This document shows positions 1 through 9,760 of a stretch of 64,000 nt of DNA, one piece after another; within the stretch, counting starts at the first letter, position 1; each line of letters starts with the position of its first letter. Source of the DNA: Trueperaceae bacterium. GTDB taxonomy: Bacteria; Deinococcota; Deinococci; Deinococcales; Trueperaceae. The stretch lies in NCBI GenBank assembly GCA_040905665.1, contig JBBDRD010000035.1:183229-247228 (forward strand), in the 5' to 3' direction. Below the pieces are notes generated by a model. The model had not been told where the DNA came from, did no database searches, and saw only the letters and a list, made by a program, of their open reading frames with translations. Both the position numbers and the translations under genes were made by a program.

Positions 1-326
1 CGCCCTCAACGGGGATATTGCGGGCGAAAGTGTGGACATATCCGTCGGGATCGATAGAGGTGAGAGTGACGTAACCATCGGTGGTGGTCCTGAGATCGAA
101 GGCTATCGATTCACCCACTCGGTAGTTTGCTCCCGCACCTCTGCTGGGGGCGAAGTAGGTAACTACATCGCTGAGTGGAATGCCGAAGGTTATCCGCCCC
201 CTGATCGAGGAACGGACCGAAGTCTCGCCATCACTGAGGTAGACGGTGCAGCCGCCGAGCGCCAGGATCAGCGCGGCAACGGCGGCGAGGCGGCCAAAGG
301 TAGTACCTAGCATTCGTCGCAACATG
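1..326 (-). CDS. Putative lipoprotein, partial (C-terminus runs off window start). Minus-strand translation begins MLRRMLGTTFGRLAAVAALILALGGC... from ATG at 326..324.
   Basis: Own translation of the reverse complement; signal peptide plus LGGC lipobox; not in the ORF track because no stop falls in the window. Confidence 0.4.
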
Positions 327-387
327 CCTTAATGTAGCAACCCGGAGGGCACCAGGACGTGGGTGCCTGCTTCATTGGATCTTTATG

Positions 388-732
388 TTACGGCTCCTCT
401 TCAATGGCAGCGCCCGGGCGCCGGTCATAGGTGGTCACCAGGTAGGGGAGATCGCTCTGATGGTAGCGACCCCGTTCGTCGTACCAGAAGACGTAGTCGC
501 CACTGGCGGCGCCGGTGCCTTCGGCGTTCTCCGCCCCCGAACGCGTCACCTTACCGTCGACTACGCCGTTGAACAGTTCCGGGCCCTCGTGGCTGTAGAG
601 GGTGATGTACATCCGAGTGTTCGCGAAGTCCTGGATGTTTCGCCTGATGCGATTCTGCGTCTCGTTCCGGCAGCCGGCCAGCAATAGCGTCAGGGTAACA
701 ACCAGCACGACCACAAGTCGAATCGTTTTCAC
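388..732 (-). CDS. Hypothetical lipoprotein (114 aa).
   Basis: N-terminus MKTIRLVVVLVVTLTLLLAGC has a signal peptide and lipobox. Confidence 0.5.
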   Translation of the reverse strand: MKTIRLVVVLVVTLTLLLAGCRNETQNRIRRNIQDFANTRMYITLYSHEGPELFNGVVDGKVTRSGAENAEGTGAASGDYVFWYDERGRYHQSDLPYLVTTYDRRPGAAIEEEP

Positions 733-862
733 GGCACCTCCTGTAGCTCGTTTCGCGACCCCGCGACGTACTTCTCGTTGCCGGGATCGCCGCCGATCGG
801 CAATCGGCCAATCTCAATCGTAAGGCATGGCCGGCTGCGGCAGGGGCGGAACGGCCGGCGGA

Positions 863-889
863 CCTTCGTGAAAGATAAGGTTCACAAGG
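863..889. promoter_or_regulatory. Inverted repeat CCTTCGTGAA-N8-TTCACAAGG upstream of dnaJ-hspR; candidate HspR operator (HAIR-like).
   Basis: Palindrome read directly. It lies ~30 bp upstream of the GTG start, next to a TATATT -10 box at 906..911. Confidence 0.35.
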
Positions 890-918
890 CCGCGCTCAAG
901 TAATGTATATTCGACGTA

Positions 919-1878
919 GTGACTCGCACCGCCATCAATCCCTATCAGGTGCTGGGCGTCGAGCGGAGCGCCAATCAGGAAGAGATCAAGTCGGCATACC
1001 GCAAGCTGGCGCTTAGGTATCACCCCGATCGCAATCCAGAAGATCCACAGGCAGAGGAGCGCTTCAAAGAGGTATCCGAAGCGTACGCGACGCTACGGGA
1101 TCCCGAGGCGCGCGCCCGGTTCGACCGCTTCGGCAACTCCGGCGGCCGGCCCGACTTCGAAAACGTCGACTGGCAAACGATCTTCCGGGAAGCCGACATA
1201 AACGTCAACTGGGACATGCACCGCGGCATGCCCAAGACCGGTAACGCTGTGTTCGACGTGCTCTTTGGCGCCGTAACCGGAATGATGCGAAACAGCGGCC
1301 TGTTGCCCGGCGAGCACCGGGAATTGAGCGTCGATCTGCCGGTATCGCTGGCTCGGAGCGGAGGCACGGTAAGGGTGCGGGTACCGGGACCGAGTATCTG
1401 CCTTACTTGCAGAGGCAGCGGCCGACATCAGGGGGAATCGTGTCCGAGCTGTGGCGGCAGGAGAATCCAACGTGGTGGGAGCGCCATTGACGTGCAGGTG
1501 CCGCGAGAGGTTCGAACGGGCGCCAAACTGCGCCTGCGCGGCCTCGGGGGACCTGGGACGCCTCCCGGCGATGTGCTGGTGAGCCTCACTGTAGCCCTTC
1601 CCGAAGGCGTACTGCAACGAGGCCGTGATCTCCATACCGACATCCATCTCACCCCTCTCGAGACAGCTCGAGGGGTTACCACGGAAGTAGTGGGAATGCC
1701 GGTGAAGATCCCTGCAGGTACCAAAAACGGTGCGACCGTTCGAGTTCCGGCGGGCGGCTTGGGTGGAGACCTGGTTATAACCGTAAGAGAGGATCTGTGG
1801 CGCGGCCTCCGCCGACTGGTGACCGATTGGCTGCAGCAACTAACCCGGGGTGGGCTGCCGCTCGCGGCGAAGGAGTAA
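919..1878 (+). CDS. dnaJ: DnaJ-family co-chaperone. Has a J domain (HPDRN motif) and only one CxxCxGxG pair (CLTCRGSG...CPSCGG).
   Basis: YQVLGV...YRKLALRYHPDRNPEDP J-domain signature; GTG start 13 nt after the -10 box. Confidence 0.75.
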   Translation: MTRTAINPYQVLGVERSANQEEIKSAYRKLALRYHPDRNPEDPQAEERFKEVSEAYATLRDPEARARFDRFGNSGGRPDFENVDWQTIFREADINVNWDMHRGMPKTGNAVFDVLFGAVTGMMRNSGLLPGEHRELSVDLPVSLARSGGTVRVRVPGPSICLTCRGSGRHQGESCPSCGGRRIQRGGSAIDVQVPREVRTGAKLRLRGLGGPGTPPGDVLVSLTVALPEGVLQRGRDLHTDIHLTPLETARGVTTEVVGMPVKIPAGTKNGATVRVPAGGLGGDLVITVREDLWRGLRRLVTDWLQQLTRGGLPLAAKE

Positions 1879-1881
1879 CGG

Positions 1882-2328
1882 ATGGCTGAGGACGACAAGA
1901 CCAAAGCAACGAATGCCGACGCCACCGCCAGCCCGGGCGTCGACAGGGATGCCGATAGGGACATCGACCGAAACAAACCGCTCTACGTCATTAGCGTCGC
2001 AGCAGAACTCGTCGACATGCACCCACAGACTCTCCGCCTCTACGAACGCAAGGGACTCATCGAACCGAGCCGCAGCGCCGGCAAAACGAGGCTCTACTCG
2101 CAGCGGGATATCGAACAGCTGCGGGAGATCAGGCGGTTGACGCAGGAGTTGGGCGTCAACCTGGCGGGAGTCGAGGAGATCATCAAGCTCAGGCTCAAGC
2201 TGGATCAACTGCAGGACAACATGGAGATCCGGATCACCGAACTACAAGGCGCGTTACAGGACCGCATGCGCAGCTTCCGAGGCGCCTTGCCCTCGCCCGA
2301 GGGCGAGTCGGAGGACGAATCGGGCTGA
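1882..2328 (+). CDS. hspR: MerR-family heat-shock repressor HspR.
   Basis: [47 protein letters not shown] is the HspR/MerR HTH; lies immediately downstream of dnaJ. Confidence 0.8.
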   Translation: MAEDDKTKATNADATASPGVDRDADRDIDRNKPLYVISVAAELVDMHPQTLRLYERKGLIEPSRSAGKTRLYSQRDIEQLREIRRLTQELGVNLAGVEEIIKLRLKLDQLQDNMEIRITELQGALQDRMRSFRGALPSPEGESEDESG

Positions 2329-2344
2329 GGGTATACTGCACGGC

Positions 2345-3706
2345 ATGCCGTTAGAGTCGTATCTCGCTCAACACCGTCAGCGTCACCTCGATGAACTGCT
2401 AGATTTGCTCCGTATTCCATCGGTCTCGGCCGACCCACAACACAAGGCCGATATGCGGCGGGCCGCCGAGTACCTGGAAGGGCGTTTCCGCGAGCTGGGC
2501 TTCACCTCTGAAATCCACGACACACCCGGTCACCCGCTCGTTCTCGCCGAAAGGCGCGTAGCAGGCGACGCGCCGACTGTGCTCATCTACGGGCACTACG
2601 ACGTCCAGCCGGCCGACCCCCTCGAACTGTGGGACCGACCGCCATTCGAACCCAGGGTCGAGGATGGGCAGATAGTCGCCCGCGGGGCCAGCGATGACAA
2701 GGGCCAGGTCTATGCCCACATCAAAGGGGCCGAGGCCTTGTTGGACCAGTACCCCGATGCTCCGCTCAACCTGATCTTCCTCGTCGAAGGGGAGGAAGAG
2801 GTGAGCTCCACGAACCTCGCACCCTTCGTGACAGCAAACAAGGAGCGCCTGGCGGCCGACGTCGTGCTCATCTCGGACGGCGCCATGTTGGGCCCGGATA
2901 AACCGAGCCTCACCTACGGGTTGCGTGGCATCACCTATACCGAAGTGCAAGTTCGGGTCGCCGATCGTGACCTTCACTCCGGAGCCTACGGTGGCGCAGT
3001 TCCGAACGCCATCAATGTTCTCGCCCGGATGATCGCGGCCCTGCACGACGACCAGGGCCGGGTGACAGTACCTGGCTTTTACGACAAAGTACAGGCGATA
3101 AGCGAGCAGGAGCGTGCGGCTCTGGCCGAGCTGCCCTTCGACGATGAGCAGTTCCTGGGCAACGTGGGCGTGACAGCCAGTCCCGGTGAGGAGGGCTATA
3201 GCCTCATCGAGCGCATCTGGACCCGTCCCACGCTGGACGTGAACGGGATAGGCGGCGGCTTCCAGGGCGAGGGCTCGAAAACGGTGATAGCCGCCAAGGC
3301 GATGGCGAAGATCTCCTGCCGGCTGGTTTCCGATCAGGAGCCCGTCGAGATTTTCGGTCTGCTCCGTGACCACCTCCTGGCGCTCGCGCCCGAAGGGGTG
3401 GAGGTCGAGGTAATCCACCTCAACGACGGCCGGCCCTGCGTTGTGTCGCTTGACGCGCCGGCACTCGTCACCGCCGGCGACGCTGTGGAGGCGGTTTGGG
3501 GCAAGCGGCCGGCTTTCGTTAGGACAGGGGGGAGCATCCCGGTAGTAAGCACCTTTCAGGAGGTGCTAAACGCCGACGTGGTCATGCTCGACATGGGCCT
3601 CGAGACCGACCGGGTTCATGCCCCCAACGAGCACTTCGCCCTCGACAACTACTACCGCGGCATTCACACCTCGGCCGAACTTCTGCGGCGCCTGGCAAGC
3701 CGCTAA
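2345..3706 (+). CDS. M20-family metallopeptidase/dipeptidase (ArgE/DapE/CPG2-like).
   Basis: 453 aa; GHYDVQP, DDKG and EGEEE motifs typical of M20 peptidases with a dimerisation domain. Confidence 0.75.
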   Translation: MPLESYLAQHRQRHLDELLDLLRIPSVSADPQHKADMRRAAEYLEGRFRELGFTSEIHDTPGHPLVLAERRVAGDAPTVLIYGHYDVQPADPLELWDRPPFEPRVEDGQIVARGASDDKGQVYAHIKGAEALLDQYPDAPLNLIFLVEGEEEVSSTNLAPFVTANKERLAADVVLISDGAMLGPDKPSLTYGLRGITYTEVQVRVADRDLHSGAYGGAVPNAINVLARMIAALHDDQGRVTVPGFYDKVQAISEQERAALAELPFDDEQFLGNVGVTASPGEEGYSLIERIWTRPTLDVNGIGGGFQGEGSKTVIAAKAMAKISCRLVSDQEPVEIFGLLRDHLLALAPEGVEVEVIHLNDGRPCVVSLDAPALVTAGDAVEAVWGKRPAFVRTGGSIPVVSTFQEVLNADVVMLDMGLETDRVHAPNEHFALDNYYRGIHTSAELLRRLASR

Positions 3707-3712
3707 ACGCAG

Positions 3713-6700
3713 TTGCGCCTTACCGCACTCACCCTCCACGGCTTCAAGAGCTTCGGCAACCGAACCACGATCGAGTTCGCGCCGGGCATAAGCGCCATTG
3801 TCGGACCCAACGGCTCGGGCAAGAGCAACGTCATCGACGCACTCAAATGGGCGAGCGGCGGCGGCCGGGCGTCTGAGTTCCGGGCCGGGGAGAAGACCGA
3901 CCTGATCTTCCATGGCGCCTCGGGCAAGCGCTCGTTGGGCTACGCCGAGGTAGAGCTGGAGCTACGCGACGAAAGGCACAAGGTCAACGTGTTTCGCAGC
4001 CTGCACCGAGACGGCAGCGGCAAGCTGCGGCTTAACGGCAAGAACGCCAGGTTCCTCGACATCGACGAGGAGCTGGCCGGAAGCGGACTGGGCAAGAGCG
4101 GCTTGGCGATCATCGGTCAAGGCGAAGTGAGCGGCGTGCTGATGGCCGATCCCTCGAAGTTGCTGCAGTACGTGGCCGAAGTTGCCGGCGTGGCGCGACT
4201 GGCCGGACGCAGGGAACAGACCGAGGAACGCCTGGGCACAGCGCGCTCGCACCTGGAGCGGCTCGAGGACCTGATGCAGGAGTTGGAGCGCCTGATCGCC
4301 AGGCTGCAAGAGGACGCGCAGGGAGCGAAGCGCCACGCCGAACTCAGCCGTGACTCGCTGCGCTTGCGCTACACCATCGCCAGGCTCCGCGAGTCGGGCC
4401 TGCGCTCCGAAATCGGGGCGCTGCGCGAGGATCGTGACAAGCTTCAGATCGAGGTCGAGGAGGCCCGCAACGGTATCGAGAAGGGGCGCGAGCAGATAGG
4501 CGCCGGCCGCCAGATTCAGGGTGAGGCTGAACGTGCCTACCGTGAAGCTATGGCGCAGAGTGAGGCGCGTCGGGGCGATGTACGGGTAGCGTCGGCCCGG
4601 CTCGAAAGTATCGAAGGCAGGTCGCGAGACCTCGAGCGGCAGGGCGAGGGCGTTGTGATGGAGCTGGCAACACTTGAACAGCTCGAGCTGCCACAGGCGC
4701 CCGAAGTCGATGCTCTCGGATTGGCCGATGCCGAGCAGCAGGCGGAGGCCGATAGGCAGCGAACGATTTCCGAACGCTCTGCGGCAGAGGCCGAGGTTCG
4801 TTCGGCGCGAGATGAGCTGGAGAGGCTTCGGACGTCAGCCGCCCAGGCGGCGCAACAGAACGCAGCGCTGGAGAGCAGGCGGGAGGCGCTGCAGCGCGAG
4901 CTGGCAGAGCTCGACCGCCAGGCAATCGAGCTGGCCGGGCGAGGCGGTGACAACGACTCCTTGGAAAAACGGGAGGCGCGGGCCGACCAGTTGCGTGAGA
5001 ACCAGAACGCCCTCGAGGTGGAGTTGGCCGCTCTACGCAGCAAACTGGAGGCGGCGCAAGCTGAGCACGCCAACGCCCTGGCCGAGGCGCAGGCGCGGGA
5101 GCGGGCAGCTGAGCGCAGCCGCCAGGCGTTCGAAACACGTCGCGGCTACGCTCAAGGGCCCCGAAATGCTCTCGCAAGCGGAATTCCTGGCGTACACGGC
5201 TCGGTCGCCGACCTGTTGCGAGTCGCCGACGAGTTCCTCGAGGCGATGGGCGCGGCCTTGGGTCGCCGGATGGAGTATGTAGTCGTCGACAATGCCGTGA
5301 CCGGGCAGCTAGTGCTCGATTCGGTGCGGAAATCGGGGGGCTTCGTAACCGTACTACCGCTGGATCTTATCGACGCCCGCCCGGCCCAGCTTTCCGAGCG
5401 GCTTCGAGGCGAGCCCGGCGTGGTCGGGCTCGCCAGCGAACTTGTCGACGCTAACGAGCGCTTCAAAGGAATCGTGTACCAGCTACTGGGAAGCACAATC
5501 GTAGTCCGCTCGATGCCAGAGGCCGTGGCACTTGCCCGCCGGGAACGATCCCGGCCCCGAATGGTCACACTCGAGGGCGACATCGTGGAGAGCTACGGCG
5601 CCATGAGTGGAGGACGACGCCAGGCGCAAGCCGGCGTCCTTGGCGCCGCCGCTGAACTCGAGGATGCCCAGGCCAGTGTCGAAGAGGCAGGCGAGCGGGC
5701 CAAGGACGCCGAGGCTGCCCTCCTAGAGTTGCAGAAGTCGGCTCGTGAACTGCTCGAGGCCGTGGCAAGCCGGCGAAGAGACCTCGATGACGCGCTACTC
5801 GAGCTTGCCGGCAGCCGTGAACGGGAAGCGGCCCGGAGGGAGCTGGAGGGGGAGCTCGAGCGTCGGCGCCAGCGTGCGCAAACCGAGTTGAACAGCCTAA
5901 GCGCGCCCGCCCAGGAAGTAGAGAGTGAGGGCCCGGAGCAGGCCCAAAATGCGTTGCAGAAGAGTGAGACCAGCCTCGAGAAGCGCCGGCTCGCAGTTGA
6001 GGAGCGCCAGCGGCAGGTGGCCGAGTGCCGCCAAGCGCGGCTGGTCGCCGACGAGCGACGACAGGCATTCGAGGCCGCGCTGACTCAGTACCAGCGTGAC
6101 GTGGAGCGGCGCGAGTCTCTCATCAAGAAACGGGAATCGTTACTGACAGAGCTCGCACGGTCCTCCGGCGAGAAGATCCAGGCGGAGGGCGCCTTGCAGG
6201 AAGCGAAGGCGGCCGTGCCGGCCGACCTGGGACAGAAGGAGCAGGCGTATCGCGCCGCTGCGAAAGCGCTTGCCGACCTGGAGTCGCAGCTGGCGCAGCT
6301 TGGCGAAGCGCAGGCGAGCAGGGGAGAGGCGCTCGAACGAATCAACCTGACCCTGGCTCGCCGCGAGGCCGCCTGGGAGCTGGCCGGCGAGGAGCTCGCT
6401 GCCTTTCCAGCCGGGATCCCAACGCTCGATGGCGCGGAGCGCACCCTCCGCTCACAACTGGCCGAGGCTACTGCCGAGCTGGAGGCGATGGGTGCGGTGA
6501 ACCACCGCGCCGCCCTCGAGCTCGAGCAGGAGGAGGAGCGACTGGCGGTGCTGCGGGCCGAGGCCGACAAGGCGCTCCAGGCGATCGAGGAGCTGGCGTC
6601 GACACTGGAGAGGTTGGACAACGAGACCACGACCAGGCTCGAGGCCGGCGTGGCGGTTCTGCGTGAGGGCTTCCGCCGGCACGTCATCGAGCTCTTTGGC

Positions 6701-7108
6701 GATAGCGCCCTTTCTGACATCGAGGTTGAGCGCGAGGAGAGCCGCCCGGTGGGGCTTCGCATCCGGCTGCAGCCGCCGGGCAAGCAGACGCGCCAACTCA
6801 ATCTGTTGTCGGTGGGAGAACGGACAATGGGCGCGATGGCGTTCCTGTTCGCGTTGATGTCGGGCAGTGGTGGGCAAGGTCTGCCGGTCGCGGTTCTCGA
6901 CGAGGTGGACGCTCCACTGGACGAGGCGAACATCCGCCGTTACTGCGACTTCCTAACTCGACTCGCAAAGCGGGGTACGCAGTTCATCCTCATCACCCAT
7001 CAGAAGGCCACGTTCGAGGTGGCCGACGTGATGTGGGGCGTGACGACCGAGCAGGGCGTAAGCCGAGTCTTCTCGATCGCGCGCACCGAAGCCGCCGCCG
7101 TTGGTTGA
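3713..7108 (+). CDS. smc: Chromosome segregation protein SMC (1131 aa).
   Basis: N-terminal Walker A FKSFGNRTTIEFAPGISAIVGPNGSGKSN; long coiled-coil; C-terminal signature and D-loop LDEVDAPLD; TTG start. Confidence 0.9.
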   Translation: MRLTALTLHGFKSFGNRTTIEFAPGISAIVGPNGSGKSNVIDALKWASGGGRASEFRAGEKTDLIFHGASGKRSLGYAEVELELRDERHKVNVFRSLHRDGSGKLRLNGKNARFLDIDEELAGSGLGKSGLAIIGQGEVSGVLMADPSKLLQYVAEVAGVARLAGRREQTEERLGTARSHLERLEDLMQELERLIARLQEDAQGAKRHAELSRDSLRLRYTIARLRESGLRSEIGALREDRDKLQIEVEEARNGIEKGREQIGAGRQIQGEAERAYREAMAQSEARRGDVRVASARLESIEGRSRDLERQGEGVVMELATLEQLELPQAPEVDALGLADAEQQAEADRQRTISERSAAEAEVRSARDELERLRTSAAQAAQQNAALESRREALQRELAELDRQAIELAGRGGDNDSLEKREARADQLRENQNALEVELAALRSKLEAAQAEHANALAEAQARERAAERSRQAFETRRGYAQGPRNALASGIPGVHGSVADLLRVADEFLEAMGAALGRRMEYVVVDNAVTGQLVLDSVRKSGGFVTVLPLDLIDARPAQLSERLRGEPGVVGLASELVDANERFKGIVYQLLGSTIVVRSMPEAVALARRERSRPRMVTLEGDIVESYGAMSGGRRQAQAGVLGAAAELEDAQASVEEAGERAKDAEAALLELQKSARELLEAVASRRRDLDDALLELAGSREREAARRELEGELERRRQRAQTELNSLSAPAQEVESEGPEQAQNALQKSETSLEKRRLAVEERQRQVAECRQARLVADERRQAFEAALTQYQRDVERRESLIKKRESLLTELARSSGEKIQAEGALQEAKAAVPADLGQKEQAYRAAAKALADLESQLAQLGEAQASRGEALERINLTLARREAAWELAGEELAAFPAGIPTLDGAERTLRSQLAEATAELEAMGAVNHRAALELEQEEERLAVLRAEADKALQAIEELASTLERLDNETTTRLEAGVAVLREGFRRHVIELFGDSALSDIEVEREESRPVGLRIRLQPPGKQTRQLNLLSVGERTMGAMAFLFALMSGSGGQGLPVAVLDEVDAPLDEANIRRYCDFLTRLAKRGTQFILITHQKATFEVADVMWGVTTEQGVSRVFSIARTEAAAVG

Positions 7109-7892
7109 GGTGGGGACGCACTTCCCCGACGCGTTGCGCATCGAACGCCGAGGCGTCATTTCCTCGACTCAGGATGCGTTGCGCACTGAACTCGAGGCTG
7201 GGCGCGACGTTCACGGCCTTCTGGTTCGTGCGGAGGCGCAGACCAAAGGAAAGGGCCGCCAGGAACGGCAGTGGTTGAGCGGCCCGGGGGGCTCGTACCA
7301 GACGGTGGCGGTACGTGACGACCAGGGGGAGCTCAGGTCCGGCCGAGTACCGTTGGCTATAGCGGTGGGAATTGCCGAGAGTTTCCTCCAACGTGGCGAG
7401 AAGTTGATGCTGAAGTGGCCCAACGACCTCTACCGTCCTCGCGACGCGCCCGCGGGGAGCACTCCGCGCGGGGCAAAGGGCGCCAGGAAAGGACAGCCGT
7501 ATGGGAGTCTGCCGGGAAAAGTGGGAGGAATCCTCTGCGAACACCTGCGTGGGCATCTATTGGTGGGGGTAGGCATCAACGTTCGCAATGAGCTACCAAA
7601 GGACGCGGCAGCGTTCGCAAATCTCAGGGTAGAAGATGTTTCGAACATTGTTCTGGGCGGGATCCGCAGCGGGCTCACCACGGTACTTCCGGATCCGCAA
7701 CTTCCGGCCCGCTTCGCGCGTCACGACCTGCTTCTCGGCCGCTCGCTGGTGGTTCAGGAGGGCGAAAGGCGGTTACTGGGACGGGCCGCCGGAGTAAGTT
7801 CGGAGGGCTGCCTCGTCCTCGCGACCGAGGCAGGACAGATAGAAACGTGTAGCGGCCGCATCGTCGAAATCGAAGCGGCCGCCTACCAGTAA
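7101..7892 (+). CDS. birA: Biotin--[acetyl-CoA-carboxylase] ligase (group I BirA, no HTH), with an Arg/Gly-rich internal insertion.
   Basis: QTKGKGRQERQWLS, KWPNDLY and GKVGGILCE motifs; overlaps the smc 3' end. Confidence 0.7.
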   Translation: MVEVGTHFPDALRIERRGVISSTQDALRTELEAGRDVHGLLVRAEAQTKGKGRQERQWLSGPGGSYQTVAVRDDQGELRSGRVPLAIAVGIAESFLQRGEKLMLKWPNDLYRPRDAPAGSTPRGAKGARKGQPYGSLPGKVGGILCEHLRGHLLVGVGINVRNELPKDAAAFANLRVEDVSNIVLGGIRSGLTTVLPDPQLPARFARHDLLLGRSLVVQEGERRLLGRAAGVSSEGCLVLATEAGQIETCSGRIVEIEAAAYQ

Positions 7893-7909
7893 CGTTCTCG
7901 AGCTTCTGT

Positions 7910-8149
7910 TCAGGAGGGCCCGACTGCTTCCACGTCCTCCTCGTTGACGTTCAGCACGCCCTCTTTGGTCTCGAGAACGAGCTTCTGATAGACCTCGTTG
8001 CGACGCAGGAGGTAGCCGCTGAGCAGGCTGCCGCGGGCCACGCGGCGGTAACCACGGCCGGCAAGCCATACGTAGCTGTCGCGTGTCAATCGATAATTAC
8101 TGCTAGTCCTGGCGGCGCCAGGAAAGCCCTTCGGGGGCATCGTATTCAT
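7910..8149 (-). CDS. Small hypothetical protein (79 aa).
   Basis: ORF with non-repetitive composition; no recognised motif. Confidence 0.3.
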   Translation of the reverse strand: MNTMPPKGFPGAARTSSNYRLTRDSYVWLAGRGYRRVARGSLLSGYLLRRNEVYQKLVLETKEGVLNVNEEDVEAVGPS

Positions 8150-8358
8150 ACACCATCACTTCCGCTCTCGAAAGATCGAGTATTTGATTAGAACGACACG
8201 AGTTTATCGCCGCAGCCAGTCGCTCCACAGAGACATTTGTCCCACCTACGAATCTGCGTCACACTGAGTGAACTGCGCGGGTTGAGATAGGGAAGAGCGC
8301 GTTCACAGCAACCGGAATAAGGACCACGTTGTTGTATCTTGGTGGGAAGAAAATAGCG

Positions 8359-8373
8359 CACCCGAAGTGGGTG
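8359..8373. promoter_or_regulatory. Perfect 5-5-5 palindrome CACCCgaagtGGGTG, 28 bp upstream of copZ; candidate CsoR operator.
   Basis: Palindrome seen directly; GC-rich dyads are typical CsoR operators; sits in an AT-rich promoter region. Confidence 0.35.
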
Positions 8374-8401
8374 TGGTGAATGCGACACCAAGGGAGTCGG
8401 C

Positions 8402-8614
8402 ATGACCCAGTTGAAAATTACCGGAATGACCTGCGGACACTGTCAGAGCGCAGTCGAGTCGGCATTGAAATCCGTCTCGGGCGCCGAGGGTGTGCGCGTC
8501 GATTTGGCACAAGGAACCGCCGTGATCGAGGGCGATGCGAGCGTAGCGGCGCTGGTGGCCGCTGTCGAAGAGGAAGGTTACCAGGCGTCGGCGACGAGCG
8601 CCGCCGGAGATTGA
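8402..8614 (+). CDS. copZ: Copper chaperone CopZ (heavy-metal-associated domain).
   Basis: MTQLKITGMTCGHCQSAVESAL carries the MxCxxC HMA motif. Confidence 0.85.
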   Translation: MTQLKITGMTCGHCQSAVESALKSVSGAEGVRVDLAQGTAVIEGDASVAALVAAVEEEGYQASATSAAGD

Positions 8615-8694
8615 GCGGTGGTGTAGAGCAAGTCGTGTCGTGTACTTCGAATCCTCTCGACCGCCTGTCATTTTGAGCTGATGGAGACGCGCTG

Positions 8695-9036
8695 ATGGAC
8701 CAATCGGAAGTTGTGACCAAGGAGGCGGCCGGAAGCATTCCGGCCGCCCATGATTCGGACTGCCTTCACCTTGACGACGAGACCCGCAAGGATTCGGTGC
8801 GGCGCCTCAAGGGCGCCCGCGGCCACCTGGAGGGCGTTCTGCGCATGCTCGAGGACCCGGACGTCTACTGCGTCGACGTGATGAAGCAGCTCAGCGCGGT
8901 TCAGGGAGCGATCAGCAAAGTCAATGAGAAGGTGTTGCGCTCGCATATCCGCGATCACGTCTCGACGGCGATCCTTCGCGGAGACACCGAGCACATGGTC
9001 GATGAGCTGATGGAGGCCCTCAAGTACCGGGGGTGA
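8695..9036 (+). CDS. csoR: Copper-sensing repressor CsoR (DUF156 family).
   Basis: RLKGARGHLEGVLRMLEDPDVYCVDVMKQLSAVQGA is the CsoR/RcnR signature with conserved C, H and C ligands. Confidence 0.8.
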   Translation: MDQSEVVTKEAAGSIPAAHDSDCLHLDDETRKDSVRRLKGARGHLEGVLRMLEDPDVYCVDVMKQLSAVQGAISKVNEKVLRSHIRDHVSTAILRGDTEHMVDELMEALKYRG

Positions 9037-9382
9037 CCTTCAGGTCCATGACCAAGCGCAGGCCAGCGTCCACCTGCGCCATGAGGTCTGGTTGGATCCG
9101 CCCGACGCGCTCCGTTAGGTAGTTTTCATCGAGTGTCACCACCTGCGTCACGTTTGCTACGGAATCTTTCGGCAAGCCGGTAGCCACCTCGGGAATCAGA
9201 GCGTTCCCAGGGGCATCGAGCAGCCGCAGGTTCGACGTCAAGACTACGCATAGTATGGTGCGTAGCCGGCTGCGGTTGAATGCATCAGACTGAACGACAA
9301 GCACAGGTCGCCGGAAACCGGGCTCGGAGCCGCGTGGCTCCTCCAGATCGGCCCACCATACTTCACGGCGCTGGACTACCAC
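9020..9382 (-). CDS. mazF: MazF/PemK-family endoribonuclease toxin.
   Basis: MVVQRREVWWADLEEPRGSEPGFRRPVLVVQSDAFN...VVLTSNL is a PemK-like fold signature. Confidence 0.8.
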   Translation of the reverse strand: MVVQRREVWWADLEEPRGSEPGFRRPVLVVQSDAFNRSRLRTILCVVLTSNLRLLDAPGNALIPEVATGLPKDSVANVTQVVTLDENYLTERVGRIQPDLMAQVDAGLRLVMDLKVTPGT

Positions 9383-9612
9383 TCCGTCGGTCGCAGAGAT
9401 CTGCCTTGGCTGCGTCGTAGGGCGGGGTCGACGCCACTGTCTTCCTCACCCAAGATATCGTTGAGCCTGTCCGTTACGTCCTGATGTCGATGTTTGGCCA
9501 GATACTCCTCGACGGCACGGGCGTAGAGTTGGCTTCTGGACATTCCAAGGCGCTCCGCTAAGGCGTCAGCGGACTCAAAGAGCCCGTCTGGAAGAGAGAT
9601 TGCCGTTTTCAT
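9376..9612 (-). CDS. Ribbon-helix-helix antitoxin (MazE/CopG-like) cognate to mazF; start taken at internal MKTAISLPDG.
   Basis: Overlaps the mazF start by 7 nt; small acidic C-terminus; the ORF-track 5' extension lacks support. Confidence 0.65.
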   Translation of the reverse strand: MKTAISLPDGLFESADALAERLGMSRSQLYARAVEEYLAKHRHQDVTDRLNDILGEEDSGVDPALRRSQGRSLRPTEW

Positions 9613-9739
9613 ACCGTGAGTATACCGCGGTAAGACCATTGCCGCGAGCGCTCTGACAAGCATTCTCGATGATGTCTTCGTATTTGCCCAGAGCGGGCGA
9701 ACATCCAACTGGATCAGCTGTAACACAACAAAGAGGAAC

Positions 9740-9754
9740 GAGTGTAGTACACTC
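9740..9754. promoter_or_regulatory. 7-1-7 palindrome GAGTGTAgTACACTC in the divergent TA intergenic region, just upstream of the 9761 antitoxin ATG.
   Basis: Read directly; candidate autoregulatory operator. Confidence 0.3.
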
Positions 9755-9760
9755 CATAGT

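Noticed and set aside
32-310. ORF-track entries 32..310 (+), 363..572, 385..687 and many other overlapping ORFs with Arg/Pro/Ala-rich translations.
   Set aside because: They are opposite-strand or off-frame shadows of real genes in high-GC DNA, with biased low-complexity composition.
4537-6933. Several long minus-strand ORFs inside smc (for example 6085..6933 and 4548..5177).
   Set aside because: They are antisense shadows of the smc coiled-coil region (Ser/Ala/Arg-rich); smc itself has clear motifs.
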